Assembly (NCBI GenBank): GCA_965215015.1
Contig: OZ244042.1
Location: 2,464,001-2,528,000 of the forward strand
Direction of reading: 5' to 3'
Source: Candidatus Poribacteria bacterium
Lineage (GTDB): Bacteria > Poribacteria > WGA-4E > PCPOR2b
Length of the DNA: 64,000 nucleotides
Shown here: positions 10,375 to 20,791 of the stretch, in pieces
How the letters are laid out: each line of letters begins with the position of its first letter
How positions within the stretch are numbered: the stretch's first letter is position 1
Made by a program: the position numbers and the translations under genes
The notes under the pieces: model-generated
What the model was told of the DNA's origin: nothing
The model's database searches: none
The model's input: the letters and a program-made list of their open reading frames with translations, nothing else

Positions 10375-10770
10375 ATGGCTGTAGAACAGTATTGGGGAAC
10401 GGGAAGACGTAAAACATCCGTTGCGCGTGTGCGCGTGATTCCAGGAGGTTCTGGCCAATTCGTCGTAAATAAAAAACCGATCGAGGCATATTTTGATCGG
10501 GCGGACCTCATCCAAGTGGCTAAGCAACCGACGGAATTAACAAATAAAAGTAGCGCGTATGATGTATTCGTTAACGCACGCGGTGGTGGGATTTCAGGAC
10601 AAGCCGGGGCTATTTTGCACGGTCTCGCACGTGCGCTTGTTAAGGCGGACGAATCTTTGAAGCCCACTTTGAAGAAAGCCGGATTTCTAACACGTGACTC
10701 CCGTATGGTTGAACGTAAAAAATATGGACAAAAAGGCGCCCGGGCACGGTTCCAATTTTCCAAGCGTTAA
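10375..10770 (+). CDS. rpsI: 30S ribosomal protein S9
   Basis: [24 protein letters not shown]-terminal QFSKR. Confidence 0.98.
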   Translation: MAVEQYWGTGRRKTSVARVRVIPGGSGQFVVNKKPIEAYFDRADLIQVAKQPTELTNKSSAYDVFVNARGGGISGQAGAILHGLARALVKADESLKPTLKKAGFLTRDSRMVERKKYGQKGARARFQFSKR

Positions 10771-10821
10771 AAATCAGCCTGATGACAGGTTGGGTTTTGA
10801 TCGATTTCGAGGATACAAATT

Positions 10822-12114
10822 ATGGCGAACACGGTCATATTGGGTGCGCAGTGGGGAGACGAGAGCAAGGGAGGAACGACCGATTTTCTTTCTGAAAACG
10901 CCGATATTGTTGCAAGGTATCAAGGCGGCGACAATGCAGGTCATACTATCGTTGTTGGGGAAGAGAAGTTCGTCTTTCATCTACTCCCCTCTGGTCTGCT
11001 ACAGCCTCATGCGGTGAATGTGATTGGCAACGGTGTCGTCATCAATTTAGAGACACTTTTCGATGAAATCGATGATTTACAGGCGCGAGGCATCGAAATC
11101 GGAAATCGTCTCAAGGTTAGCTCGCGTGCACACCTAATTCTGCCTTATCACAAAGTCATGGAATCGTGGGATGACCTTGGCAGTTCACTGAAACTCGGCA
11201 CAACCTCGCGGGGCATCGGTCCGACATACTCCGATAAGATGAATCGCCATGCAGGGATACGGGTCGCCGACCTGCTTGAGTTCGACCTCTTTCAAAAGAA
11301 ACTTGACTTCAATCTAGAAGCAAAAGGTTATATCCTAGAGCAGATTGGGGGCGAAATTGATAGAATCGCTTTATTGGAGGAATATCATGCTTACTCTCAG
11401 CGGCTTGCGCCATATGTGGTTGATACATCTGAATTTATGAATAACGCCCTCAAGGCAGGGAAGCGGATACTTTATGAGGGCGCGCAAGGAACGATGCTGG
11501 ACATTGATTTCGGGACATACCCCTACGTCACTTCGTCCAATACTACCGTTGGTGCGGTTTGCACAGGATTGGGCGTTGGTCCCCAGGCAATAGATCGGGT
11601 GCTAGGCGTTTCAAAGGCTTATGTGACCCGTGTTGGTACGGGGCCCTTCCCAACAGAGATGCCGCCGGATCTGGACGAAGAAATTCGCCAGATCGGTCAG
11701 GAATACGGTGCAACTACACAACGCGCCCGCCGTTGTGGTTGGCTAGATCTCGTCGCGTTACGCTACGCCGCCCAGATCAACGGCTTTACCGATCTGGTCT
11801 TGACAAAATTCGATGTGTTAGACCACCTTGATGAAATTCAGATTTGCGTTGCCTATCGACGGCGTGGCGAAGTGGTAACGACATTTCCAACGAGCCTGTA
11901 CGCACTTGAGGAATGCGAGCCGGTCTACGAAACGCTACCCGGCTGGAAAGCCTCAACAGTAGATGTGCGGCGATATGAAGACCTACCGGCGAATGCAAAG
12001 CGATATAACGCTTACATCTCCAAATTTCTCGATACACCGGTTACAATTGTTTCTGTTGGACCAGAGAGAACGCAAACGATAGTCTGTGATGAGACCATTT
12101 TTTGTGCTACCTGA
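10822..12114 (+). CDS. purA: Adenylosuccinate synthetase
   Basis: GAQWGDESKG, GGDNAGHT, EGAQG, GTYPYVTSS, RRCGWLD. Confidence 0.97.
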   Translation: MANTVILGAQWGDESKGGTTDFLSENADIVARYQGGDNAGHTIVVGEEKFVFHLLPSGLLQPHAVNVIGNGVVINLETLFDEIDDLQARGIEIGNRLKVSSRAHLILPYHKVMESWDDLGSSLKLGTTSRGIGPTYSDKMNRHAGIRVADLLEFDLFQKKLDFNLEAKGYILEQIGGEIDRIALLEEYHAYSQRLAPYVVDTSEFMNNALKAGKRILYEGAQGTMLDIDFGTYPYVTSSNTTVGAVCTGLGVGPQAIDRVLGVSKAYVTRVGTGPFPTEMPPDLDEEIRQIGQEYGATTQRARRCGWLDLVALRYAAQINGFTDLVLTKFDVLDHLDEIQICVAYRRRGEVVTTFPTSLYALEECEPVYETLPGWKASTVDVRRYEDLPANAKRYNAYISKFLDTPVTIVSVGPERTQTIVCDETIFCAT

Positions 12115-12149
12115 TTGTTCAATGGAAAGACAATAGTTTCACTTTAAGG

Positions 12150-12178
12150 TTGACAATCTCTAAAGCATTAGGTATTAT
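12150..12178 (+). promoter_or_regulatory. Sigma70 promoter of the tRNA pair
   Basis: TTGACA-17 nt-TATTAT. Confidence 0.65.
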
Positions 12179-12307
12179 TTCTGATCGTTTTTGCTAGTAT
12201 ATCCTAAGAGTTGTTACCTATTCTAGACGATCGGGCTTTCTCGCCCGACCTCCGTCCAATCCACATAGATTGGGCTACCTAGTAACTTGGGTTAATATAT
12301 CCATTGA

Positions 12308-12380
12308 GGGCCGTTAGCTCAGTAGGTAGAGCATCTGACTTTTAATCAGGTGGTCACAGGTTCGATCCCTGTACGGCTCA
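12308..12380 (+). tRNA. tRNA-Lys (TTT), CCA not encoded
   Basis: Cloverleaf GGGCCGT...ACGGCTC A, anticodon loop CTTTTAA, T-loop TTCGATC. Confidence 0.96.
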
Positions 12381-12386
12381 CTTGTT

Positions 12387-12461
<75 letters not shown>

Positions 12462-12467
12462 TCTTTT

Positions 12468-12503
12468 AGCCCTTTCCATATTCAATATGGAAAGGGCTTT
12501 TTT
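12468..12503 (+). terminator. Intrinsic terminator after the tRNAs
   Basis: AGCCCTTTCCATAT-TCA-ATATGGAAAGGGCT followed by a T-tract. Confidence 0.85.
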
Positions 12504-12546
12504 GTTATTTGTACTCTCGAAGCCTACTCATTGGACATTGCCTTAC

Positions 12547-12852
12547 CGAAATCTTCCGATTTATATCCCCGTCTTTTAAGGTGGGGATACAGATTGACAA
12601 GGCGTGTTGATAGGGGCCTGTTAGGTAGCTTGTCAGTCGTAAGGCTAACAAGCTACCTAACAGGTGTAAAACACGTTGGATTTGCAGGTGAAATGGGGGT
12701 ACAATTGGCTTGTCTTTCCTGAGGGAATGCTGTACCGTCGCTTGGGGGTGTCCCTCACATTCGTAGAACGTGAAAGACAGAAAGACACTCCCGTGAAAAC
12801 TTATAAATTCAAACGCTATCACAATCACGGCACAGGGGGGGGAGTATGTCAA
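12547..12852 (+). mobile_element. Internally deleted IS200/IS605 derivative (non-autonomous)
   Basis: Left end nearly identical to that of 6574-7604 (CTTCCGAT..CCCCGTCTTTTAAGGTGGGGATACAGATTGAC); tnpB-like start VKTYKFK; right end GAGTATGTCAA. Confidence 0.8.
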
Positions 12853-14847
12853 CTAAACCAATTCCTCAAAACCCAATTCGTGGGGGGATTCGTAGAAGAT
12901 GGGGCGCATCTGTAGGTTCGTCTGGATCGGCGTTGCTTCTAGATCCACTGGCAGATAGATCGAGAATGTCGTTCCACGCCCTTCCTCGCTATGGAATTCC
13001 GTCCTACCCCGGTGATCGCGGACCGTTCGCTGGACGATATTCAAACCGAAGCCGCTCCCGTGCTGTTTGAGGGTATATCCGGGCTGGTAGAGCTGATCCC
13101 GCACTTCATAGGGGATGCCAACCCCCGTATCGATAAAGGAAATTTGAATCTGGGAGGATTCTGGTAGATAGGCAGTTTTAATCTGGAGAAAGCCACCGCC
13201 TTCCATCGCATCAATAGCATTGATAATCAGATTGTTAAATGCTTCTTTCAGCTGGCTAGAATCGCCTTTGACAGGAGGCAAGCGTATATCGAAAATTTGC
13301 TGACACTCGATAGCTTTGGCTTCCAGAACAGGCATCAGATTTCGCAACAGCGTATCAAGGATTCTGTTGGTGTCAACTAGCCCAAAGGTCGGCTCATCCG
13401 CACGCAACTGCTGCAAAAGTGCAACCATTTCGTTATAGCACTCTTCATGCTGCGTGAGGATCTGATTCAGGCTGGTCTGTAGCTTAGAATCCGGCTCCGC
13501 TTGGCGGGATGCGGAACGAAGTTGTCCACCGGTTGCGCTAACCAAGTTTTTTACACGATGTAGGTGGGAATAAAGACTCTGGTATGCTTCCGCGCGGGCA
13601 ACGTCCATCAATGAGAGGGTCAGGTGAAAAATGATACGCGCGGCAGTCTGGGGCTCTGCCTCTAACCATGATTGAAGATCTCTCAGGATTTCTTCATCCC
13701 GCTCGTAGAAGTAAAGTTTAGCGAGGTTATGATAGGGGGATTCATAATCCGGATAAAGCTGGATAACCTGCTTAAATTCTTCAGCAGCCTGACTAACCAT
13801 ATTCTTCTGAAGATAGAGAAGTCCAAGATTATTTTGCGCCTGGGGTGAAGGGGCATGTTCCAAGCCGGTCTTGTAGGCATAGATTGCGAGGTCCGCATCT
13901 TCCGGACGGTCATCATACAGGCTTCCAAGAACAAAGAATACCTGATCGAGCGGTTCAAAGGTCTGTAATTCATCGTTGCGCTTGATTAATTCGATGAATT
14001 GGTCTATCGCTTGTTGACGAAATTCTGGTCGTGCATACCGGCGTTTCGCATAGAGCAGTCCAAGTTCAAAGCGGGCGTCTAAATGATCTGGATCGCGTTC
14101 AATCGCGTACTGCAAACAATCAATTGCCCGATTCACCTCGCCATATCTATTCAAGTAAATATCAGCGAGGTGATAATGGGCATCCGGATCCTGCGGCTCA
14201 ACCTCAAGGATTTCTTCAAAAACTCGCTCTGCGTCTTCCCACTGTTGCTGTTTGATGTACAAAACACCGAGATTGTGGCGTGCTGCATGAAACTTCGGTA
14301 CACGGTTGACAACCTGCTTAAAGTCCTCACACGCTTTCTCAAGATCTTCCAGTTTCTCGTAAAGTAAACCCCGATTGTACCACGCCTCAATGTATGACGG
14401 GTCCAGCTCGATTGTGCGAGTAAACTCACTGATAGCTTTCTCCCATGCGCCCTCAAGTTCTGTCCAATCCTCCAGCAACTGTCCAAAAACATAATGATAG
14501 TTTGCATTCTGTGGATTCAACTCAATTGCTTTTTGAAGTGCTTCCCTTGCGAGATCAAACTCGCCCTCTTTATAGTACGCAAAACCGAGACTGTGGTGGA
14601 CTGCCGCACAATCTGGATCTAATTCAAGCGCACGTTTATAGGCATTGATTGCGAGAAGATACTGGCGCTGGACAGGTTCTAAATACCAATTGCCGAGCGC
14701 ATACTGATCTCTCGCCGCCTTGGAGGTTGGCAGTGCGGACTCGGTAGCAGAGACATGGGCCTCCGCCTCTACGCTTGGATCGGGTGAAGTATCGTGAAGT
14801 TCATGTCCTTGGAAGTGTGATTTTACGGCGGGTTTTGATCTGGACAT
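12853..14847 (-). CDS. TPR-repeat sensor histidine kinase (cytoplasmic)
   Basis: About 9 TPRs; H-box HRVKN; N-box NLIINAIDAM; DTGVGI; GSGFGL. Confidence 0.88.
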   Translation of the reverse strand: MSRSKPAVKSHFQGHELHDTSPDPSVEAEAHVSATESALPTSKAARDQYALGNWYLEPVQRQYLLAINAYKRALELDPDCAAVHHSLGFAYYKEGEFDLAREALQKAIELNPQNANYHYVFGQLLEDWTELEGAWEKAISEFTRTIELDPSYIEAWYNRGLLYEKLEDLEKACEDFKQVVNRVPKFHAARHNLGVLYIKQQQWEDAERVFEEILEVEPQDPDAHYHLADIYLNRYGEVNRAIDCLQYAIERDPDHLDARFELGLLYAKRRYARPEFRQQAIDQFIELIKRNDELQTFEPLDQVFFVLGSLYDDRPEDADLAIYAYKTGLEHAPSPQAQNNLGLLYLQKNMVSQAAEEFKQVIQLYPDYESPYHNLAKLYFYERDEEILRDLQSWLEAEPQTAARIIFHLTLSLMDVARAEAYQSLYSHLHRVKNLVSATGGQLRSASRQAEPDSKLQTSLNQILTQHEECYNEMVALLQQLRADEPTFGLVDTNRILDTLLRNLMPVLEAKAIECQQIFDIRLPPVKGDSSQLKEAFNNLIINAIDAMEGGGFLQIKTAYLPESSQIQISFIDTGVGIPYEVRDQLYQPGYTLKQHGSGFGLNIVQRTVRDHRGRTEFHSEEGRGTTFSIYLPVDLEATPIQTNLQMRPIFYESPHELGFEELV

Positions 14848-14864
14848 GGTTCATCACCTTGGGA

Positions 14865-16484
14865 CTATATCAACATTTCATCACTAATTGGGAAAAACTG
14901 ATCGGCAATGCGCTGTAGATCCATCGACGTATTATGTTCAAAAGCCGCTACCTCGATGCGCTTCCCATGCTGTTTAATCAGTTCCGCAAGCGCACAGAAA
15001 TCGCCATCTCCACTTGCCAGAATCACGATATCAAGGGCATCAAGCATCGACACAACATCAATAGCAATGCCGACATCCCAATCACCCTTTGCGGACCCAT
15101 CACCGCGCATTCGTAAATCCTTGCTCTTAATCGTGTACCCGTTATGCTCAAGAAGTGACAGAAATCCAGCCTGATTAATTTCGGGGATTTGAACGACATA
15201 AGCGTAAGCGGCAACAAGATTCCGGGGACCAACAATCAGGTCAAGTAGCTTGATATAATCGAGGCGTCTCGCGTAACGATCTTTTGCAGCATAGAACATG
15301 TTTTGGACATCAACAAACACTCCAACGCGAGGCTGTCCTGCTAGCATACGGTTCGCGCCTGCGGTGCCTCGCTGTCCCGTGAGGTTTGTAATTTTTTGGC
15401 GTGCCCGTGTGATGATTGTCCTGTGCTCCTCGTTGACTCCCTGCAAATAAGAAAATTGAGAATAGAAATTGGATTGTATCTGTTCAAGCACTTGTTGCGA
15501 ATGATATGCCATCTCCTCAACCGATTTCAATTCCACCGTTATCTTTTCCTTTTGTGCTTGAAGTTCATGAAACTCACAAAGTTGATTTGAGAACTTTTCC
15601 ACGTCCCGTTTGAGGCTTCTATTCTCACGGTTAAGTTGATCCATAAGTAATTCATTTTCCTTATACAATCCCTCTCTATCCTGTAAAAATTTGTTTTCTT
15701 CAACTAATGCTGCTATTTTTTGTTTAAGTCTGTCGTTTTCATTTTGTAGAATTGTATATCCACTTTTAAGCTCAGAGAGGGCCCTATAAAGTTTGTCAAT
15801 TTGCTGTTGATTTTGTTTTAACTCATCGCTTAGACCCGATTTCTGTCCCGGGGCTGAATCTGTCTCAGGAATGGGTGTAATCTGAAGATACTCAGAGTCA
15901 TTAGAAGCCGAAGCGATAGAGGTCTCCGTGGATTCAGGAGTCGATTCTTCATCATGACTACGATGTAGCGAGGTGTTTAAATCTATTATGTCCGATTTCG
16001 GTTGTTCTATCTCTTGTGCAGTGCCTAATAATGAAGTGGAGTTCCTGTCTTCAGGCGCAGGAGGAGAAGGGGGAACAGATTGCTCGTGGTCGGCAAGCAA
16101 CCTATGACCATGCTTCTGTACATCTTCACGCGAATCGACCAATAGGGCCCATAAAATTTCACCAAATTCACCTTCCTCTTGAAGCTGTTCAACGCTTTTC
16201 AAGAAGCCCCGAATTTCCTTTACATCCATAAATTGGACTCGACGAGCAGCCTGTTCTGCCTTCTTTGCTAGGTGTTGACTCACGATGTCTTCAATCAAAG
16301 CACCATTAAAAAAACATGCCGCTAAATCGTAGGCAATCCAATCTTTGGAAATCGTAGTCCTGTGTTGGCTATCGTGGTGGATACCACACTGATTCGCTAT
16401 CGTGATGATTTCTTCTTCACCGAAGCAGTCGGTGATAATCCAAGCCAGTTGGTGGGTAGCAATATGTGTTTTTACTGGAAGCAT
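14865..16484 (-). CDS. NYN (LabA/DUF88, PIN-like) domain protein with N-terminal unknown domain and long coiled coil
   Basis: VGVFVDVQNMFY, KGDWDVGIAID, SGDGDF. Confidence 0.85.
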   Translation of the reverse strand: MLPVKTHIATHQLAWIITDCFGEEEIITIANQCGIHHDSQHRTTISKDWIAYDLAACFFNGALIEDIVSQHLAKKAEQAARRVQFMDVKEIRGFLKSVEQLQEEGEFGEILWALLVDSREDVQKHGHRLLADHEQSVPPSPPAPEDRNSTSLLGTAQEIEQPKSDIIDLNTSLHRSHDEESTPESTETSIASASNDSEYLQITPIPETDSAPGQKSGLSDELKQNQQQIDKLYRALSELKSGYTILQNENDRLKQKIAALVEENKFLQDREGLYKENELLMDQLNRENRSLKRDVEKFSNQLCEFHELQAQKEKITVELKSVEEMAYHSQQVLEQIQSNFYSQFSYLQGVNEEHRTIITRARQKITNLTGQRGTAGANRMLAGQPRVGVFVDVQNMFYAAKDRYARRLDYIKLLDLIVGPRNLVAAYAYVVQIPEINQAGFLSLLEHNGYTIKSKDLRMRGDGSAKGDWDVGIAIDVVSMLDALDIVILASGDGDFCALAELIKQHGKRIEVAAFEHNTSMDLQRIADQFFPISDEMLI

Positions 16485-16524
16485 GGTAAATCTCCCGAAC
16501 TTTATTGTATATCTCTATCGGTTG

Positions 16525-17847
16525 TTAAATTTTGAGGATTTTATCCCGATTTTTTGTAATTGATTTTGTTGCATTTCGTGTGTCTACAACTGTAGCAGCA
16601 TGATCGACAAGCCAACAGTAATCCATATTGGCATGGTCTGTCATAATCACTACACAATCAACGCTCTGGACCAATTCCACTGTCAATTCTGCACAGAGAT
16701 AGCGTAGGGGCTGCCGGTTCCTCGGACCGACCTCCTCAACTTCCAATTCTGCTACATACGGATCATGGTATAGAATCTCACCACCGCGTCGCGCAAGCAT
16801 CCGAATCACATCAATAGCCGGTGATTCACGGACATCTCCGACATTTCTCTTGTACGCGACGCCCATGATCAAGATTTTCGATCCGTTAATAGCTTTCTGG
16901 TGCTGGTTGAGCGCATCGATAATTTTGCCAAGTACATATTCTGGCATTGAGCCGTTGATTTCACTCGCCAGCTCGATAAAGCGGGCGTGAAACTCGTAAG
17001 TTTTTGCCTTCCACGACAGGTAGTGCGGATCGACAGGGATACAATGACCCCCTAGCCCTGGGCCCGGGTAGAACGGCATAAATCCAAACGGTTTTGTCGC
17101 AGCAGCATCAACAATTTCCCATACGTCCAGTCCCATCTGGTCGCACATCAGTGCCATTTCATTGACGAGACCGATGTTGACGCTCCGAAAGGTATTTTCC
17201 AGCAGCTTGACCATTTCCGCTACCCGTGTCGAAGAGACCGCATAAACCTCCTGAATAAACTGCTTATAAAAGCGTTGAGCAACCTGTGTACACGCAGGTG
17301 TTATCCCCCCAACGATTTTCGCCGTATTTGCAGTGGAGTATGTTACATTTCCCGGATCGATCCGTTCAGGGGAAAAGGCAAGAAAAAAATCTTCACCCAC
17401 CTGCAAGCCACTTTTTTCAAGCTTCGGTAGCACAACCTCCTCTGTTGTGCCCGGATAGGTTGTACTTTCCAAAATAATCAACTGATTTTTGCGTAAGTAT
17501 TGACCAATTTTGTCTACCGCGGAAATGATAAAACTCATATCCGGGTCCTTACTCTTACGCAACGGTGTGGGTACGCAAATATTAATCGTATCTAATTCTC
17601 TCAGGACCCGATAATCCGTCGTCGCTTGAATCTGTCCTCGATGGACAAAAGTCGCGAGATCTTCTGAGAGCACATCAGAGACAACCGAAATCCCGTCCTG
17701 AATACATTCGACCTTGCGGCGGTCCACATCAATGCCAGTAACAGAAAAGCCGGCTTTCGCCATGGTTACGGCAAGTGGAAGACCTACATAACCAAGTCCA
17801 ATGACGCCCGCGTATGCAGTTTGATTTTCAATCTTCTTTTCAATCAT
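16525..17847 (-). CDS. UDP-GlcNAc/UDP-glucose 6-dehydrogenase family
   Basis: GLGYVG, CVPTP, ESTTYPG, SPERIDPG, GGHCIPVDP; start codon uncertain. Confidence 0.9.
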   Translation of the reverse strand: MIEKKIENQTAYAGVIGLGYVGLPLAVTMAKAGFSVTGIDVDRRKVECIQDGISVVSDVLSEDLATFVHRGQIQATTDYRVLRELDTINICVPTPLRKSKDPDMSFIISAVDKIGQYLRKNQLIILESTTYPGTTEEVVLPKLEKSGLQVGEDFFLAFSPERIDPGNVTYSTANTAKIVGGITPACTQVAQRFYKQFIQEVYAVSSTRVAEMVKLLENTFRSVNIGLVNEMALMCDQMGLDVWEIVDAAATKPFGFMPFYPGPGLGGHCIPVDPHYLSWKAKTYEFHARFIELASEINGSMPEYVLGKIIDALNQHQKAINGSKILIMGVAYKRNVGDVRESPAIDVIRMLARRGGEILYHDPYVAELEVEEVGPRNRQPLRYLCAELTVELVQSVDCVVIMTDHANMDYCWLVDHAATVVDTRNATKSITKNRDKILKI

Positions 17848-18052
17848 TTGCTGAAGGCTTTCATGATTTTTGAATCTGCGGATCTGATGCTTCGGATTAA
17901 GGGAGCCAGCACTGTAGGAGGGACCTCCCAATAGCGACTTATTTCATAGAACCTACAGAAAGTCGAAAACTCCCTATGCAGGACGAATCGCGTATTGCGT
18001 GAAATAATACATCTTAAGCCGAGTTGCTTGCTGCCTTACTAAGTATTACCTT

Positions 18053-18904
18053 TCACGCATCATGCTGCACAAACTTCTGTATCCGCTGCCCTGCTAACAC
18101 TTCACCCACATAGAGGGCGTCTTGTGAATCCTTCCAGACGGTGTGAGGAGCGACAAATTCCCCAGGGGCGCGACTTGATTCACCGCCCATCCGCCCCAGA
18201 ACTTCTCCATCGAGGTTTAGAATGCTGACCCGGTGTTGTAGTTCAGCAACATAGAGACGCCCATCCCCATCAAGGAAGAAATCGGTTGGTTGGCGGAATC
18301 CTGTCCACTGATCGATAAAAGTGCCTTGAGGGTCAAAAATCTGAATACGATGATTTTCCCGATCTGCGACATAGACACGATCGTTGCCATCCACCCAGAC
18401 ACTGTGAGGCAGATTAAATTCACCGGCACCGGTGCCGGGCGTGCCCCATGATAACAGGTGTTCTCCCTCGGCAGAGAATTTGTGCATCCGTGTGTTTCCG
18501 TAGCCATCGGAAACATAAATTTCGCCAGATGATGACAGCGCGACATCCGTCGGGTGATTAAACGGTTCACCATTTGTAGAAGGGTGGTCAAGTGTTCCTA
18601 TTGTCATCAGGAGCTCACCCGCCGGCGTATATTTCAATGCTGCATGCAACCACCGGTCAACGAGATAAATCATATCTGTCGTGTCAATGAAAATCCCGTG
18701 CGCGTGCTTTAAGAATCCTTCTCCCCAGGTGTTGAGCAAATTACCATCGCTGTCAAAAACAATCATGGGGTGATCCCCACGATTGTAAACGTAAATTCGA
18801 TCCTGAGAATCAACAGCAACTCCAGCCACCTGTTTGAATTCCCACCCTTCTGGAAGTTGTCCCCAGCCCTCTACAATTTGATATGTAAGGTTATGAGATG
18901 CCAT
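18053..18904 (-). CDS. NHL-repeat beta-propeller (PAL-like)
   Basis: FNHPTDVA, YVSDGYGN, FNLPHSV, YVADRENHRIQIF. Confidence 0.85.
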   Translation of the reverse strand: MASHNLTYQIVEGWGQLPEGWEFKQVAGVAVDSQDRIYVYNRGDHPMIVFDSDGNLLNTWGEGFLKHAHGIFIDTTDMIYLVDRWLHAALKYTPAGELLMTIGTLDHPSTNGEPFNHPTDVALSSSGEIYVSDGYGNTRMHKFSAEGEHLLSWGTPGTGAGEFNLPHSVWVDGNDRVYVADRENHRIQIFDPQGTFIDQWTGFRQPTDFFLDGDGRLYVAELQHRVSILNLDGEVLGRMGGESSRAPGEFVAPHTVWKDSQDALYVGEVLAGQRIQKFVQHDA

Positions 18905-19244
18905 GTGATAAATTCTCCTGTTCTGGCCTAACTATTTGTCCATAAGAATCCGCTATAACTCTGCCTAGTTCAAACGTGATAATTTTGTTGGAAGCGTGTG
19001 AGTCACATCGTGCTTAATGAACTAACTCATATTTTTAGTAGGGATTTCTGAGGCAAGCTCCCTGATTCTCGGGAGAAATTGTCTTGAGTTTTCATCTGCG
19101 CTAGCTCCAAACGAGCAAGGTTCTAGCCATTGCCTTCCATTGGTAGAGGACTCGGGCGGCGCGTTCAAGGTAATGCTCGCGAAGGACAACAACATCACCA
19201 ACCTCCGCCTGCAATGGTTTTGAACGCTTGTCGAACCCATTCAA

Positions 19245-19380
19245 GTTGAGCAGCACCTTCACCGGCGATGAATCGCCGAGGATACCATGACTATAACGCA
19301 AGAGTCAGGGCTCAACCCACCATGACCATTGCACGCCCTTTTCTGGTGTTGGCTTCGAGGGTTCAACTGCGTAAGTCCTA
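19245..19380 (-). mobile_element. Partial copy of the TAGGACTTACGCA MITE family
   Basis: Ends CAACTGCGTAAGTCCTA and shares internal blocks with the copies at 42252 and 45795. Confidence 0.75.
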
Positions 19381-19501
19381 AAAAATAGTTAGGAACTCTA
19401 ATTTGCTCCCATCATCACTTTATAGTGTCGCAGAAGTTTGCCCATTTGTCAATAGAATACTTTCTAATGACAAGATTGAGTAAATCTGATATAATGAGTA
19501 C

Positions 19502-19578
19502 TAGGGCGTGTTGATATTTTGCTGTCGCCAATTCTGCAAACGCTGTAAGTCCAAGTTGTCAAATGTCAACAGAACCTA
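19502..19578. mobile_element. 77-bp mini element with imperfect TIRs (IS5-like ends)
   Basis: TAGGGCGTGTTGATAT ... ATGTCAACAGAACCTA. Confidence 0.45.
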
Positions 19579-19760
19579 AACATTTTCCAGTCTCAAACCC
19601 AACATTACAAATGAGGAAATTAAGGAAATGGGGTACTGCCTGAGTGAGCGGGAGAAAGGGAGGAATGGAGCAGTAAGTGAGAGTAGCAGCTTGCTGGTTT
19701 TTATGTTTTTCAGAATACCCATTATACAAAGACATCATAACCCAAAGCAAATTAAAGGTT

Positions 19761-20764
19761 ATGCTACGCCCAAGCGGGAATCGTATTTCATCGTTTTTTT
19801 GTGTCTTGTAAGCTTAATGAGCGTCTGTAGTGCTGATGAAAACGACGCCTGGGACAAACCCTTAGAATCGCTCACACTGACGGGACACAGTGCTGCAGTA
19901 CTTTGTGTTGTTTTCTCGCCCGATGGTGGGACGTTAGCGAGTGGAAGCAGCGATAAGACCGTCAGACTGTGGGACGTAAAGACTTGGAAGTTGAGACAAA
20001 CGCTAACGGGACACAGCGAGATGGTGACGACAATCACCTTCTCGCCGGACGGAAAGACGCTGGCGAGCGGAAGCTGGGACAAAACTATAAGGCTATGGGA
20101 CCTACAGACCGGAACACCGAAGGTCGTGCTAAGTGGACACAGTGGTCGAGTGTATACGTTAGCTTTTTCATGGAATGGAATAACACTCGCGAGTGGAGCG
20201 TCTGACGAGACGGTGAGGCTATGGGACGTACAGACCGGTGCGTTGAGACAGACGCTAACGGGAAGCGAGGGGCCAGTGTTTGCGGTAGCCTTCTCACCCG
20301 ACAACACAACACTGGCGAGCGGAGGCGAACTTGACAACACCGTGGTCAGACTGTGGGATATACAGACCGGGCAGCTGACGAGAACGCTGGAATGGCGTAG
20401 GGTTGATGCTGTGAAGACAATAGCGTTTTCTCCCGATGGGTTGACCTTAGCGAATGGGAGCAGTCGTCCAGAAGAAAATACGATAAGACTTTGGAACCTG
20501 CAAACATGGGAGTTGATTCGAGCACTGACAGGACACCGACAGGAAGTTACTTCCGTAGTTTTCTCCCCGGACAACAAGACACTGGCGAGTGGAAGTTGGG
20601 ACCGGGAAGTGAAGTTGTGGGACGTGCAAACAGGAAGATTTAAACGGACGCTGAGTGGGCATAGTAATGCGGTGTTTTCTGTTGCCTTCTCGCCCGATGG
20701 CAAAACGTTGGCGAGTGGAAGTGGTGACAAGACTGTGAGACTGTGGAATATGGCCGGGCAGTAA
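19761..20764 (+). CDS. Secreted WD40-repeat protein (probable frameshift in T7 tract near the 5' end)
   Basis: Seven LTGH...FSPDG..LASGS.D.TVRLWD repeats; ATG 19761 joins the WD40 frame if one T is added at 19794-19800. Confidence 0.85.
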
Positions 20765-20791
20765 GTAGGTAAATACAGAGGGACACAACTA

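Noticed and set aside
19022-19301. Short ORFs next to a MITE
   Set aside because: No recognisable motif and partly MITE-derived; possibly a gene remnant but not supportable
19759-20730. 323-aa antisense ORF
   Set aside because: Shadow of the WD40 repeat gene; its periodicity mirrors the sense repeats
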